NCBI GenBank assembly: GCA_964016885.1
Contig: OZ024740.1
Location: 7,006,001-7,070,000, forward strand
DNA: 64,000 nucleotides
Source of the DNA: Eledone cirrhosa
Taxonomy: Eukaryota
Reading direction: 5' to 3'
A program made the position numbers and the translations under genes. This document shows, in pieces, positions 1 through 14,620 of this stretch (its first letter is position 1; every line of letters starts with the position of its first letter). Under the pieces are notes generated by a model. It was not told the DNA's origin. It was given only the letters and a program-made list of their open reading frames with translations, and did not search any database.

Positions 1-3000
1 ACATTAGACACTATCATCCAATATCGGACTTGCCAACCTCTGGTGTAATACATTAGACACTATCATCCAATATCGGACCTGCCAACCTCTGGTATACTAC
101 ATTAGACACTATCATCCAATATCGGACCTGCCAAGCTCTGGTGTAATACATTAGACTCTATCATCCAATATCGGACCTGCCAACCTCTGGTATAATACAT
201 TAGACACTATCATCCAATATCGGACCTGCCAACCTCTGGTGTAATACATTAGACACTATCATCCAATATCGGACTTGCCAACCTCTGGTGTAATACATTA
301 GACACGATCATCCAATATCGGACCTGCCAACCTCTGGTATACTACATTAGACACTATCATCCAATATCGGACTTGCCAACCTCTGGTGTAATACATTAGA
401 CACTATCATCCAATATCGGACTTGCCAACCTCTGGTGTAATACATTAGACAGTATCATCCAATATCGGACCTGCCAACCTCTGGTATACTACATTAGACA
501 CTATCATCCAATATCGGACCTGCCAACCTCTGGTGTAATACATTAGACACTATCATCCAATATCGGACCTGCCAACCTCTGGTGTAATACATTAGACACT
601 ATCATCCAATATCGGACCTGCCAACCTCTGGTATACTACATTAGACACTATCATCCAATATCGTACCTGCCAACCTCTGGTATACTACATTAGACACTAT
701 CATCCAATATCGGACCTGCCAACCTCTGGTGTAATACATTAGACACTATCATCCAATATCGGACCTGCCAACCTCTGGTGTAATACATTAGACACTATCA
801 TCCAATATCGGACCTGCCAACCTCTGGTATACTACATTAGACACTATCATCCAATATCGGACCTGTCAACCTCTGGTGTAATACATTAGACACTATCATC
901 CAATATCGGACCTGCCAACCTCTGGTATACTACATTAGACACTATCATCCAATATCGGACCTGCCAACCTCTGGTGTAATACATTAGACACTATCATCCA
1001 ATATCGGACCTGCCAACCTCTGGTGTAATACATTAGACACTATCATCCAATATCGGACCTGCCAACCTCTGGTGTAATACATTAGACACTATCATCCAAT
1101 ATCGGACCTGTCAACCTCTGCTATACTACATTAGACACTATCATCCAATATCGGACCTGCCAACCTCTGGTATACTACATTAGACACTATACTCCAATAT
1201 CGGACCTGCCAACCTCTGGTGTAATACATTAGACACTATCATCCAATATCGGACCTGCCAACCTCTGGTGTAATACATTAGACACTATCATCCAATATCG
1301 GACCTGCCAACCTCTGGTGTAATACATTAGACACTATCATCCAATATCGTACCTGCCAACCTCTGGTATACTACATTAGACACTATCATCCAATATCGGA
1401 CCTGCGAACCTCTGGTATAATACATTAGACACTATCATCCAATATCGGACCTGCCAACCTCTGGTATACTACATTAGACACTATCATCCAATATCGGACC
1501 TGCCAACCTCTGGTATAATACATTAGACACTATCATCCAATATCGGACTTGCCAACCTCTGTTATACTACATTAGACACTATCATCCAATATCGGACCTG
1601 CCAACCTCTGGTGTAATACATTAGACACTATCATCCAATATCGGACCTGCCAACCTCTGGTATAATACATTAGACACTATCATCCAATATCGGACCTGCC
1701 AACCTCTGGTATACTACATTAGACACTATCATCCAATATCGGACCTGCGAACCTCTGGTATAATACATTAGACACTATCATCCAATATCGGACCTGCCAA
1801 CCTCTGGTATACTACATTAGACACTATCATCCAATATCGGACCTGCCAACCTCTGGTATAATACATTAGACACTATCATCCAATATCGGACCTGCCAACC
1901 TCTGGTGTAATACATTAGACACTATCATCCAATATCGGACCTGCCAACCTCTGGTGTAATACATTAGACACTATCATCCAATATCGGACTTGCCAACCTC
2001 TGGTGTAATACATTAGACACTATCATCCAATATCGGACCTGCCAACCTCTGGTATACTACATTAGACACTATCATCCAATATCGGACCTGCCAAGCTCTG
2101 GTGTAATACATTAGACACTATCATCCAATATCGGACCTGCCAACCTCTGGTATAATACATTAGACACTATCATCCAATATCGGACCTGCCAACCTCTGGT
2201 GTAATACATTAGACACTATCATCCAATATCGGACTTGCCAACCTCTGGTGTAATACATTAGACACGATCATCCAATATCGGACCTGCCAACCTCTGGTAT
2301 ACTACATTAGACACTATCATCCAATATCGGACTTGCCAACCTCTGGTGTAATACATTAGACACTATCATCCAATATCGGACTTGCCAACCTCTGGTGTAA
2401 TACATTAGACACTATCATCCAATATCGGACCTGCCAACCTCTGGTATACTACATTAGACACTATCATCCAATATCGGACCTGCCAACCTCTGGTGTAATA
2501 CATTAGACACTATCATCCAATATCGGACCTGCCAACCTCTGGTGTAATACATTAGACACTATCATCCAATATCGGACCTGCCAACCTCTGGTATACTACA
2601 TTAGACACTATCATCCAATATCGTACCTGCCAACCTCTGGTATACTACATTAGACACTATCATCCAATATCGGACCTGCCAACCTCTGGTGTAATTCATT
2701 AGACACTATCATCCAATATCGGACCTGCCAACCTCTGGTGTAATACATTAGACACTATCATCCAATATCGGACCTGCCAACCTCTGGTATACTACATTAG
2801 ACACTATCATCCAATATCGGACCGGTCAACCTCTGGTGTAATACATTAGACACTATCATCCAATATCGGACCTGCCAACCTCTGGTATACTACATTAGAC
2901 ACTATCATCCAATATCGGACCTGCCAACCTCTGGTGTAATACATTAGACACTATCATCCAATATCGGACCTGCCAACCTCTGGTGTAATACATTAGACAC

Positions 3001-6000
3001 TATCATCCAATATCGGACCTGCCAACCTCTGGTGTAATACATTAGACACTATCATCCAATATCGGACCTGTCAACCTCTGCTATACTACATTAGACACTA
3101 TCATCCAATATCGGACCTGCCAACCTCTGGTATACTACATTAGACACTATACTCCAATATCGGACCTGCCAACCTCTGGTGTAATACATTAGACACTATC
3201 ATCCAATATCGGACCTGCCAACCTCTGGTGTAATACATTAGACACTATCATCCAATATCGGACCTGCCAACCTCTGGTGTAATACATTAGACACTATCAT
3301 CCAATATCGTACCTGCCAACCTCTGGTATACTACATTAGACACTATCATCCAATATCGGACCTGCGAACCTCTGGTATAATACATTAGACACTATCATCC
3401 AATATCGGACCTGCCAACCTCTGGTATACTACATTAGACACTATCATCCAATATCGGACCTGCCAACCTCTGGTATAATACATTAGACACTATCATCCAA
3501 TATCGGACTTGCCAACCTCTGTTATACTACATTAGACACTATCATCCAATATCGGACCTGCCAACCTCTGGTGTAATACATTAGACACTATCATCCAATA
3601 TCGGACCTGCCAACCTCTGGTATAATACATTAGACACTATCATCCAATATCGGACCTGCCAACCTCTGGTATACTACATTAGACACTATCATCCAATATC
3701 GGACCTGCGAACCTCTGGTATAATACATTAGACACTATCATCCAATATCGGACCTGCCAACCTCTGGTATACTACATTAGACACTATCATCCAATATCGG
3801 ACCTGCCAACCTCTGGTATAATACATTAGACACTATCATCCAATATCGGACTTGCCAACCTCTGGTATACTACATTAGACACTATCATCCAATATCGGAC
3901 CTGCCAACCTCTGGTGTAATACATTAGACAGTATCATCCAATATCGGACCTGCCAACCTCTGGTGTAATACATTAGACACTATCATCCAATATCGGACTT
4001 GCCAACCTCTGGTGTAATACATTAGACACTATCATCCAATATCGGACCTGCCAACCACTGGTATACTACAATAGACACTATCATCCAATATCGGACCTGC
4101 CAACCTCTGGTATACTACATTAGACACTATCATCCAATATCGGACCTGCCAACCTCTGGTATACTACAATAGACACTATCATCCAATATCGGACCTGCCA
4201 ACCTCTGGTGTAATACATTAGACACTATCATCCAATATCGGACCTGCCAACCTCTGGTGTAATACATTAGACACTATCATCCAATATCGGACTTGCCAAC
4301 CTCTGGTGTAATACATTAGACACTATCATCCAATATCGGACCTGCCAACCTCTGGTATACTACATTAGACACTATCATCCAATATCGGACCTGCCAAGCT
4401 CTGGTGTAATACATTAGACTCTATCATCCAATATCGGACCTGCCAACCTCTGGTATAATACATTAGACACTATCATCCAATATCGGACCTGCCAACCTCT
4501 GGTGTAATACATTAGACACTATCATCCAATATCGGACTTGCCAACCTCTGGTGTAATACATTAGACACGATCATCCAATATCGGACCTGCCAACCTCTGG
4601 TATACTACATTAGACACTATCATCCAATATCGGACTTGCCAACCTCTGGTGTAATACATTAGACACTATCATCCAATATCGGACTTGCCAACCTCTGGTG
4701 TAATACATTAGACAGTATCATCCAATATCGGACCTGCCAACCTCTGGTATACTACATTAGACACTATCATCCAATATCGGACCTGCCAACCTCTGGTGTA
4801 ATACATTAGACACTATCATCCAATATCGGACCTGCCAACCTCTGGTGTAATACATTAGACACTATCATCCAATATCGGACCTGCCAACCTCTGGTATACT
4901 ACATTAGACACTATCATCCAATATCGTACCTGCCAACCTCTGGTATACTACATTAGACACTATCATCCAATATCGGACCTGCCAACCTCTGGTGTAATAC
5001 ATTAGACACTATCATCCAATATCGGACCTGCCAACCTCTGGTGTAATACATTAGACACTATCATCCAATATCGGACCTGCCAACCTCTGGTATACTACAT
5101 TAGACACTATCATCCAATATCGGACCTGTCAACCTTTGGTGTAATACATTAGACACTATCATCCAATATCGGACCTGCCAACCTCTGGTATACTACATTA
5201 GACACTATCATCCAATATCGGACCTGCCAACCTCTGGTGTAATACATTAGACACTATCATCCAATATCGGACCTGCCAACCTCTGGTGTAATACATTAGA
5301 CACTATCATCCAATATCGGACCTGCCAACCTCTGGTGTAATACATTAGACACTATCATCCAATATCGGACCTGTCAACCTCTGCTATACTACATTAGACA
5401 CTATCATCCAATATCGGACCTGCCAACCTCTGGTATACTACATTAGACACTATACTCCAATATCGGACCTGCCAACCTCTGGTGTAATACATTAGACACT
5501 ATCATCCAATATCGGACCTGCCAACCTCTGGTGTAATACATTAGACACTATCATCCAATATCGGACCTGCCAACCTCTGGTGTAATACATTAGACACTAT
5601 CATCCAATATCGTACCTGCCAACCTCTGGTATACTACATTAGACACTATCATCCAATATCGGACCTGCGAACCTCTGGTATAATACATTAGACACTATCA
5701 TCCAATATCGGACCTGCCAACCTCTGGTATACTACATTAGACACTATCATCCAATATCGGACCTGCCAACCTCTGGTATAATACATTAGACACTATCATC
5801 CAATATCGGACTTGCCAACCTCTGTTATACTACATTAGACACTATCATCCAATATCGGACCTGCCAACCTCTGGTGTAATACATTAGACACTATCATCCA
5901 ATATCGGACCTGCCAACCTCTGGTATAATACATTAGACACTATCATCCAATATCGGACCTGCCAACCTCTGGTATACTACATTAGACACTATCATCCAAT

Positions 6001-8400
6001 ATCGGACCTGCGAACCTCTGGTATAATACATTAGACACTATCATCCAATATCGGACCTGCCAACCTCTGGTATACTACATTAGACACTATCATCCAATAT
6101 CGGACCTGCCAACCTCTGGTATAATACATTAGACACTATCATCCAATATCGGACCTGCCAACCTCTGGTGTAATACATTAGACACTATCATCCAATATCG
6201 GACCTGCCAACCTCTGGTGTAATACATTAGACACTATCATCCAATATCGGACTTGCCAACCTCTGGTGTAATACATTAGACACTATCATCCAATATCGGA
6301 CCTGCCAACCTCTGGTATACTACATTAGACACTATCATCCAATATCGGACCTGCCAAGCTCTGGTGTAATACATTAGACACTATCATCCAATATCGGACT
6401 TGCCAACCTCTGGTATAATACATTAGACACTATCATCCAATATCGGACCTGCCAACCTCTGGTGTAATACATTAGACACTATCATCCAATATCGGACTTG
6501 CCAACCTCTGGTGTAATACATTAGACACGATCATCCAATATCGGACCTGCCAACCTCTGGTATACTACATTAGACACTATCATCCAATATCGGACTTGCC
6601 AACCTCTGGTGTAATACATTAGACACTATCATCCAATATCGGACTTGCCAACCTCTGGTGTAATACATTAGACACTATCATCCAATATCGGACCTGCCAA
6701 CCTCTGGTATACTACATTAGACACTATCATCCAATATCGGACCTGCCAACCTCTGGTGTAATACATTAGACACTATCATCCAATATCGGACCTGCCAACC
6801 TCTGGTGTAATACATTAGACACTATCATCCAATATCGGACCTGCCAACCTCTGGTATACTACATTAGACACTATCATCCAATATCGTACCTGCCAACCTC
6901 TGGTATACTACATTAGACACTATCATCCAATATCGGACCTGCCAACCTCTGGTGTAATTCATTAGACACTATCATCCAATATCGGACCTGCCAACCTCTG
7001 GTATACTACATTAGACACTATCATCCAATATCGGACTTGCCAACCTCTGGTGTAATACATTAGACTCTATCATCCAATATCGGACCTGCCAACCTCTGGT
7101 ATACTACATTAGACACTATCATCCAATATCGGACCGGTCAACCTCTGGTGTAATACATTAGACACTATCATCCAATATCGGACCTGCCAACCTCTGGTAT
7201 ACTACATTAGACACTATCATCCAATATCGGACCTGCCAACCTCTGGTGTAATACATTAGACACTATCATCCAATATCGGACCTGCCAACCTCTGGTGTAA
7301 TACATTAGACACTATCATCCAATATCGGACCTGCCAACCTCTGGTGTAATACATTAGACACTATCATCCAATATCGGACCTGTCAACCTCTGCTATACTA
7401 CATTAGACACTATCATCCAATATCGGACCTGCCAACCTCTGGTATACTACATTAGACACTATACTCCAATATCGGACCTGCCAACCTCTGGTGTAATACA
7501 TTAGACACTATCATCCAATATCGGACCTGCCAACCTCTGGTGTAATACATTAGACACTATCGTCCAATATCGGACCTGCCAACCTCTGGTGTAATACATT
7601 AGACACTATCATCCAATATCGTACCTGCCAACCTCTGGTATACTACATTAGACACTATCATCCAATATCGGACCTGCGAACCTCTGGTATAATACATTAG
7701 ACACTATCATCCAATATCGGACCTGCCAACCTCTGGTATACTACATTAGACACTATCATCCAATATCGGACCTGCCAACCTCTGGTATAATACATTAGAC
7801 ACTATCATCCAATATCGGACTTGCCAACCTCTGTTATACTACATTAGGCACTATCATCCAATATCGGACCTGCCAACCTCTGGTGTAATACATTAGACAC
7901 TATCATCCAATATCGGACCTGCCAACCTCTGGTATAATACATTAGACACTATCATCCAATATCGGACCTGCCAACCTCTGGTATACTACATTAGACACTA
8001 TCATCCAATATCGGACCTGCGAACCTCTGGTATAATACATTAGACACTATCATCCAATATCGGACCTGCCAACCTCTGGTATACTACATTAGACACTATC
8101 ATCCAATATCGGACCTGCCAACCTCTGGTATAATACATTAGACACTATCATCCAATATCGGACTTGCCAACCTCTGGTATACTACATTAGACACTATCAT
8201 CCAATATCGGACCTGCCAACCTCTGGTGTAATACATTAGACACTATCATCCAATATCGGACCTGCCAACCTCTGGTGTAATACATTAGACACTATCATCC
8301 AATATCGGACTTGCCAATCTCTGGTGTAATACATTAGACACTATCATCCAATATCGGACCTGCCAACCACTGGTATACTACAATAGACACTATCATCCAA
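1..8400 (+). repeat. Nested higher-order repeat: about 40-monomer unit (1960 bp) inside an 87-monomer unit (4263 bp)
   Basis: The rare variant GACACGATC occurs at 301, 2261, 4564 and 6524 (gaps 1960, 2303, 1960). ACTCCAAT occurs at 1191, 3151, 5454 and 7463. GTAATTC (2691, 6954) and GACTCT (154, 4417) recur at 4263 bp. Confidence 0.9.
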
Positions 8401-10199
8401 TATCGGACCTGCCAACCTCTGGTGTAATACATTAGACACTATCATCCAATATCGGACCTGCCAACCTCTGGTATACTACATTAGCCACTATCCTCCAATA
8501 TCGGACCTGCCAACCTCTGGTATACTACATTAGACACTATCATCCAATATCGGACCTGCCAAACTCTGGTATACTACATTAGACACTATCATCCAATATC
8601 GGACCTGCCAACCTCCGGTGTAATACATTAGACACTATCATCCAATATCGGACCTGCCAACCTCTGGTGTAATACATTAGACACTATCATCCAATATCGG
8701 ACCTGCCAACCTCTGGTATACTACATTAGACACTATCATCCAATATCGGACCTGCCAACCTCTGGTATACTACATTAGACACTATCATCCAATATCGGAC
8801 CTGCCAACCTCTGGTATACTACATTAGACACTATCATCCAATATCGTACCTGCCAACGTCTGGTGTAATACATTAGACACTATCATCCAATATCGGACCT
8901 GCCAACCTCTGGTATACTACATTAGACACTATCATCCAATATCGGACCTGCCAACCTCTGGTGTAATACATTAGACACTATCATTCAATATCGGACTTGC
9001 CAATCTCTGGTGTAATACATTAGACACTATCATCCAATATCGGACCTGCCAACCTCTGGTGTAATACATTAGACACTATCATCCAATATCGGACCTGCCA
9101 ACCTCTGGTATACTACAATAGACACTATCATCCAATATCGGACTTGCCAACCTCTGGTGTAATACATTAGACACTATCATCCAATATCGGACCTGCCAAC
9201 CTCTGGTGTAATACATTAGACACTATCATCCAATATCGGACCTGCCAACCTCTGGTGTAATACATTAGACACTATCATCCAATATCGGACTTGCCAATCT
9301 CTGGTGTAATACATTAGACACTATCATCCAATATCGGACCTGCCAACCTCTGGTATACTACATTAGACACTATCATCCAATATCGGACTTGCCAACCTCT
9401 GGTGTAATACATTAGACACTATCATCCAATATCGGACCTGCCAACCTCTGGTGTAATACATTAGACACTATCATCCAATATCGGACTTGCCAACCTCTGG
9501 TGTAATACATTAGACACTATCATCCAATATCGGACTTGTCAACCTCTGGTATACTACATTAGACACTATCATCCAATATCGGACCTGCCAACCTCTGGTG
9601 TAATACATTAGACACTATCATCCAATATCGGACCTGCCAACCTCTGGTATACTACATTAGACACTATCATCCAATATCGGACCTGCCCACCTCTGGTATA
9701 CTACAATAGACACTATCATCCAATATCGGACCTGCCAACCTCTGGTATACTACATTAGACACTATCATCCAATATCGGACCTGCCAACCTCTGGTATACT
9801 ACATTAGACACTATCAACCAATATCGGACCTGCCAACCTCTGGTGTAATACATTAGACACTATCATCCAATATCGGACCTGCCAACCTCTGGTGTAATAC
9901 ATTAGACACTATCATCCAATATCGGACCTGCCAACCTCTGGTATACTACATTAGACACTATCATCCAATATCGGACCTGCCAACCTCTGGTATACTACAA
10001 TAGACACTATCATCCAATATCGGACCTGCCAAACTCTGGTATACTACATTAGACACAATCATCCAATATCGGACCTGCCAACCTCTGGTATACTACATTA
10101 GACACTATCATCCAATATCGGACCTGCCAACCTCTGGTGTAATACATTAGACACTATCATCCAATATCGGACCTGCCAACCTCTGGTGTAATACATTAG

Positions 10200-13100
10200 A
10201 CACTATCATCCAATATCGGACCTGCCAACCTCTGGTGTAATACATTAGACACTATCATCCAATATCGGACCTGCCAACCTCTGGTATACTACATTAGACA
10301 CTATCATCCAATATCGGACCTGCCAACCTCTGGTATACTACAATAGACACTATCATCCAATATCGGACCTGCCAACCTCTGGTATACTATATTAGACACT
10401 ATCATCCAATATCGGACCTGCCAACCTCTGGTATACTATATTAGACACTATCATCCAATATCGGACCTGCCAACCTCTGGTGTAATACATTAGACACTAT
10501 CATCCAATATCGGACCTGCCAACCTCTGGTATACTACATTAGACACTATCATCCAATATCGGACCTGCCAACCTCTGGTATACTACATTAGACACTATCA
10601 TCCAATATCGGACCTGCCAACCTCCGGTGTAATACATTAGACACTATCATCCAATATCGGACCTGCCAACCTCTGGTGTAATACATTAGACACTATCATC
10701 CAATATCGGACCTGCCAACCTCTGGTATACTACATTAGACACTATCATCCAATATCGGACCTGCCAACCTCTGGTATACTACATTAGACACTATCATCCA
10801 ATATCGGACCTGCCAACCTCTGGTATACTACATTAGACACTATCATCCAATATCGTACCTGCCAACCTCTGGTGTAATACATTAGACACTATCATCCAAT
10901 ATCGGACCTGCCAACCTCTGGTGTAATACATTAGACACTATCATCCAATATCGGACCTGCCAACCTCTGGTGTAATACATTAGACACTATCATCCAATAT
11001 CGTACCTGCCAACCTCTGGTATACTACATTAGACACTATCATCCAATATCGGACCTGCGAACCTCTGGTATAATACATTAGACACTATCATCCAATATCG
11101 GACCTGCCAACCTCTGGTATACTACATTAGACACTATCATCCAATATCGGACCTGCCAACCTCTGGTATAATACATTAGACACTATCATCCAATATCGGA
11201 CTTGCCAACCTCTGTTATACTACATTAGACACTATCATCCAATATCGGACCTGCCAACCTCTGGTGTAATACATTAGACACTATCATCCAATATCGGACC
11301 TGCCAACCTCTGGTATAATACATTAGACACTATCATCCAATATCGGACCTGCCAACCTCTGGTATACTACATTAGACACTATCATCCAATATCGGACCTG
11401 CGAACCTCTGGTATAATACATTAGACACTATCATCCAATATCGGACCTGCCAACCTCTGGTATACTACATTAGACACTATCATCCAATATCGGACCTGCC
11501 AACCTCTGGTATAATACATTAGACACTATCATCCAATATCGGACTTGCCAACCTCTGGTATACTACATTAGACACTATCATCCAATATCGGACCTGCCAA
11601 CCTCTGGTGTAATACATTAGACACTATCATCCAATATCGGACCTGCCAACCTCTGGTGTAATACATTAGACACTATCATCCAATATCGGACTTGCCAACC
11701 TCTGGTGTAATACATTAGACACTATCATCCAATATCGGACCTGCCAACCTCTGGTATACTACAATAGACACTATCATCCAATATCGGACCTGCCAACCTC
11801 TGGTATACTACATTAGACACTATCATCCAATATCGGACCTGTCAACCTCTGCTATACTACATTAGACACTATCATCCAATATCGGACCTGCCAACCTCTG
11901 GTGTAATACATTAGACACTATCATCCAATATCGGACCTGCCAACCTCTGGTGTAATACATTAGACACTATCCTCCAATATCGGACCTGCCAACCTCTGGT
12001 ATACTACATTAGACACTATCATCCAATATCGGACCTGCCAACCTCTGGTATACTACATTAGACACTATCATCCAATATCGGACCTGCCAACCTCCGGTGT
12101 AATACATTAGACACTATCATCCAATATCGGACCTGCCAACCTCTGGTGTAATACATTAGACACTATCATCCAATATCGGACCTGCCAACCTCTGGTATAC
12201 TACATTAGACACTATCATCCAATATCGGACCTGCCAACCTCTGGTATACTACATTAGACACTATCATCCAATATCGGACCTGCCAACCTCTGGTATACTA
12301 CATTAGACACTATCATCCAATATCGTACCTGCCAACGTCTGGTGTAATACATTAGACACTATCATCCAATATCGGACCTGCCAACCTCTGGTATACTACA
12401 TTAGACACTATCATCCAATATCGGACCTGCCAACCTCTGGTGTAATACATTAGACACTATCATTCAATATCGGACTTGCCAATCTCTGGTGTAATACATT
12501 AGACACTATCATCCAATATCGGACCTGCCAACCTCTGGTGTAATACATTAGACACTATCATCCAATATCGGACCTGCCAACCTCTGGTATACTACATTAG
12601 ACACTATCATCCAATATCGGACCTGCCAACCTCTGGTATACTACAATAGACACTATCATCCAATATCGGACCTGCCAACCTCTGGTATACTATATTAGAC
12701 ACTATCATCCAATATCGGACCTGCCAACCTCTGGTATACTATATTAGACACTATCATCCAATATCGGACCTGCCAACCTCTGGTGTAATACATTAGACAC
12801 TATCATCCAATATCGGACCTGCCAACCTCTGGTATACTACATTAGACACTATCATCCAATATCGGACCTGCCAACCTCTGGTATACTACATTAGACACTA
12901 TCATCCAATATCGGACCTGCCAACCTCCGGTGTAATACATTAGACACTATCATCCAATATCGGACCTGCCAACCTCTGGTGTAATACATTAGACACTATC
13001 ATCCAATATCGGACCTGCCAACCTCTGGTATACTACATTAGACACTATCATCCAATATCGGACCTGCCAACCTCTGGTATACTACATTAGACACTATCAT

Positions 13101-14620
13101 CCAATATCGGACCTGCCAACCTCTGGTATACTACATTAGACACTATCATCCAATATCGTACCTGCCAACCTCTGGTGTAATACATTAGACACTATCATCC
13201 AATATCGGACCTGCCAACCTCTGGTGTAATACATTAGACACTATCATCCAATATCGGACCTGCCAACCTCTGGTGTAATACATTAGACACTATCATCCAA
13301 TATCGTACCTGCCAACCTCTGGTATACTACATTAGACACTATCATCCAATATCGGACCTGCGAACCTCTGGTATAATACATTAGACACTATCATCCAATA
13401 TCGGACCTGCCAACCTCTGGTATACTACATTAGACACTATCATCCAATATCGGACCTGCCAACCTCTGGTATAATACATTAGACACTATCATCCAATATC
13501 GGACTTGCCAACCTCTGTTATACTACATTAGACACTATCATCCAATATCGGACCTGCCAACCTCTGGTGTAATACATTAGACACTATCATCCAATATCGG
13601 ACCTGCCAACCTCTGGTATAATACATTAGACACTATCATCCAATATCGGACCTGCCAACCTCTGGTATACTACATTAGACACTATCATCCAATATCGGAC
13701 CTGCGAACCTCTGGTATAATACATTAGACACTATCATCCAATATCGGACCTGCCAACCTCTGGTATACTACATTAGACACTATCATCCAATATCGGACCT
13801 GCCAACCTCTGGTATAATACATTAGACACTATCATCCAATATCGGACTTGCCAACCTCTGGTATACTACATTAGACACTATCATCCAATATCGGACCTGC
13901 CAACCTCTGGTGTAATACATTAGACACTATCATCCAATATCGGACCTGCCAACCTCTGGTGTAATACATTAGACACTATCATCCAATATCGGACTTGCCA
14001 ACCTCTGGTGTAATACATTAGACACTATCATCCAATATCGGACCTGCCAACCTCTGGTATACTACAATAGACACTATCATCCAATATCGGACCTGCCAAC
14101 CTCTGGTATACTACATTAGACACTATCATCCAATATCGGACCTGTCAACCTCTGCTATACTACATTAGACACTATCATCCAATATCGGACCTGCCAACCT
14201 CTGGTGTAATACATTAGACACTATCATCCAATATCGGACCTGCCAACCTCTGGTGTAATACATTAGACACTATCCTCCAATATCGGACCTGCCAACCTCT
14301 GGTATACTACATTAGACACTATCATCCAATATCGGACCTGCCAACCTCTGGTATACTACATTAGACACTATCATCCAATATCGGACCTGCCAACCTCCGG
14401 TGTAATACATTAGACACTATCATCCAATATCGGACCTGCCAACCTCTGGTGTAATACATTAGACACTATCATCCAATATCGGACCTGCCAACCTCTGGTA
14501 TACTACATTAGACACTATCATCCAATATCGGACCTGCCAACCTCTGGTATACTACATTAGACACTATCATCCAATATCGGACCTGCCAACCTCTGGTATA
14601 CTACATTAGACACTATCATC
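10200..14620 (+). repeat. 47-monomer (2303 bp) higher-order duplication
   Basis: GGTATACTAT at 10381/12684, CCTCCGG at 10621/12924 and TATCCTCC at 11968/14271 are all 2303 bp (47x49) apart. Boundaries are approximate. Confidence 0.85.
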
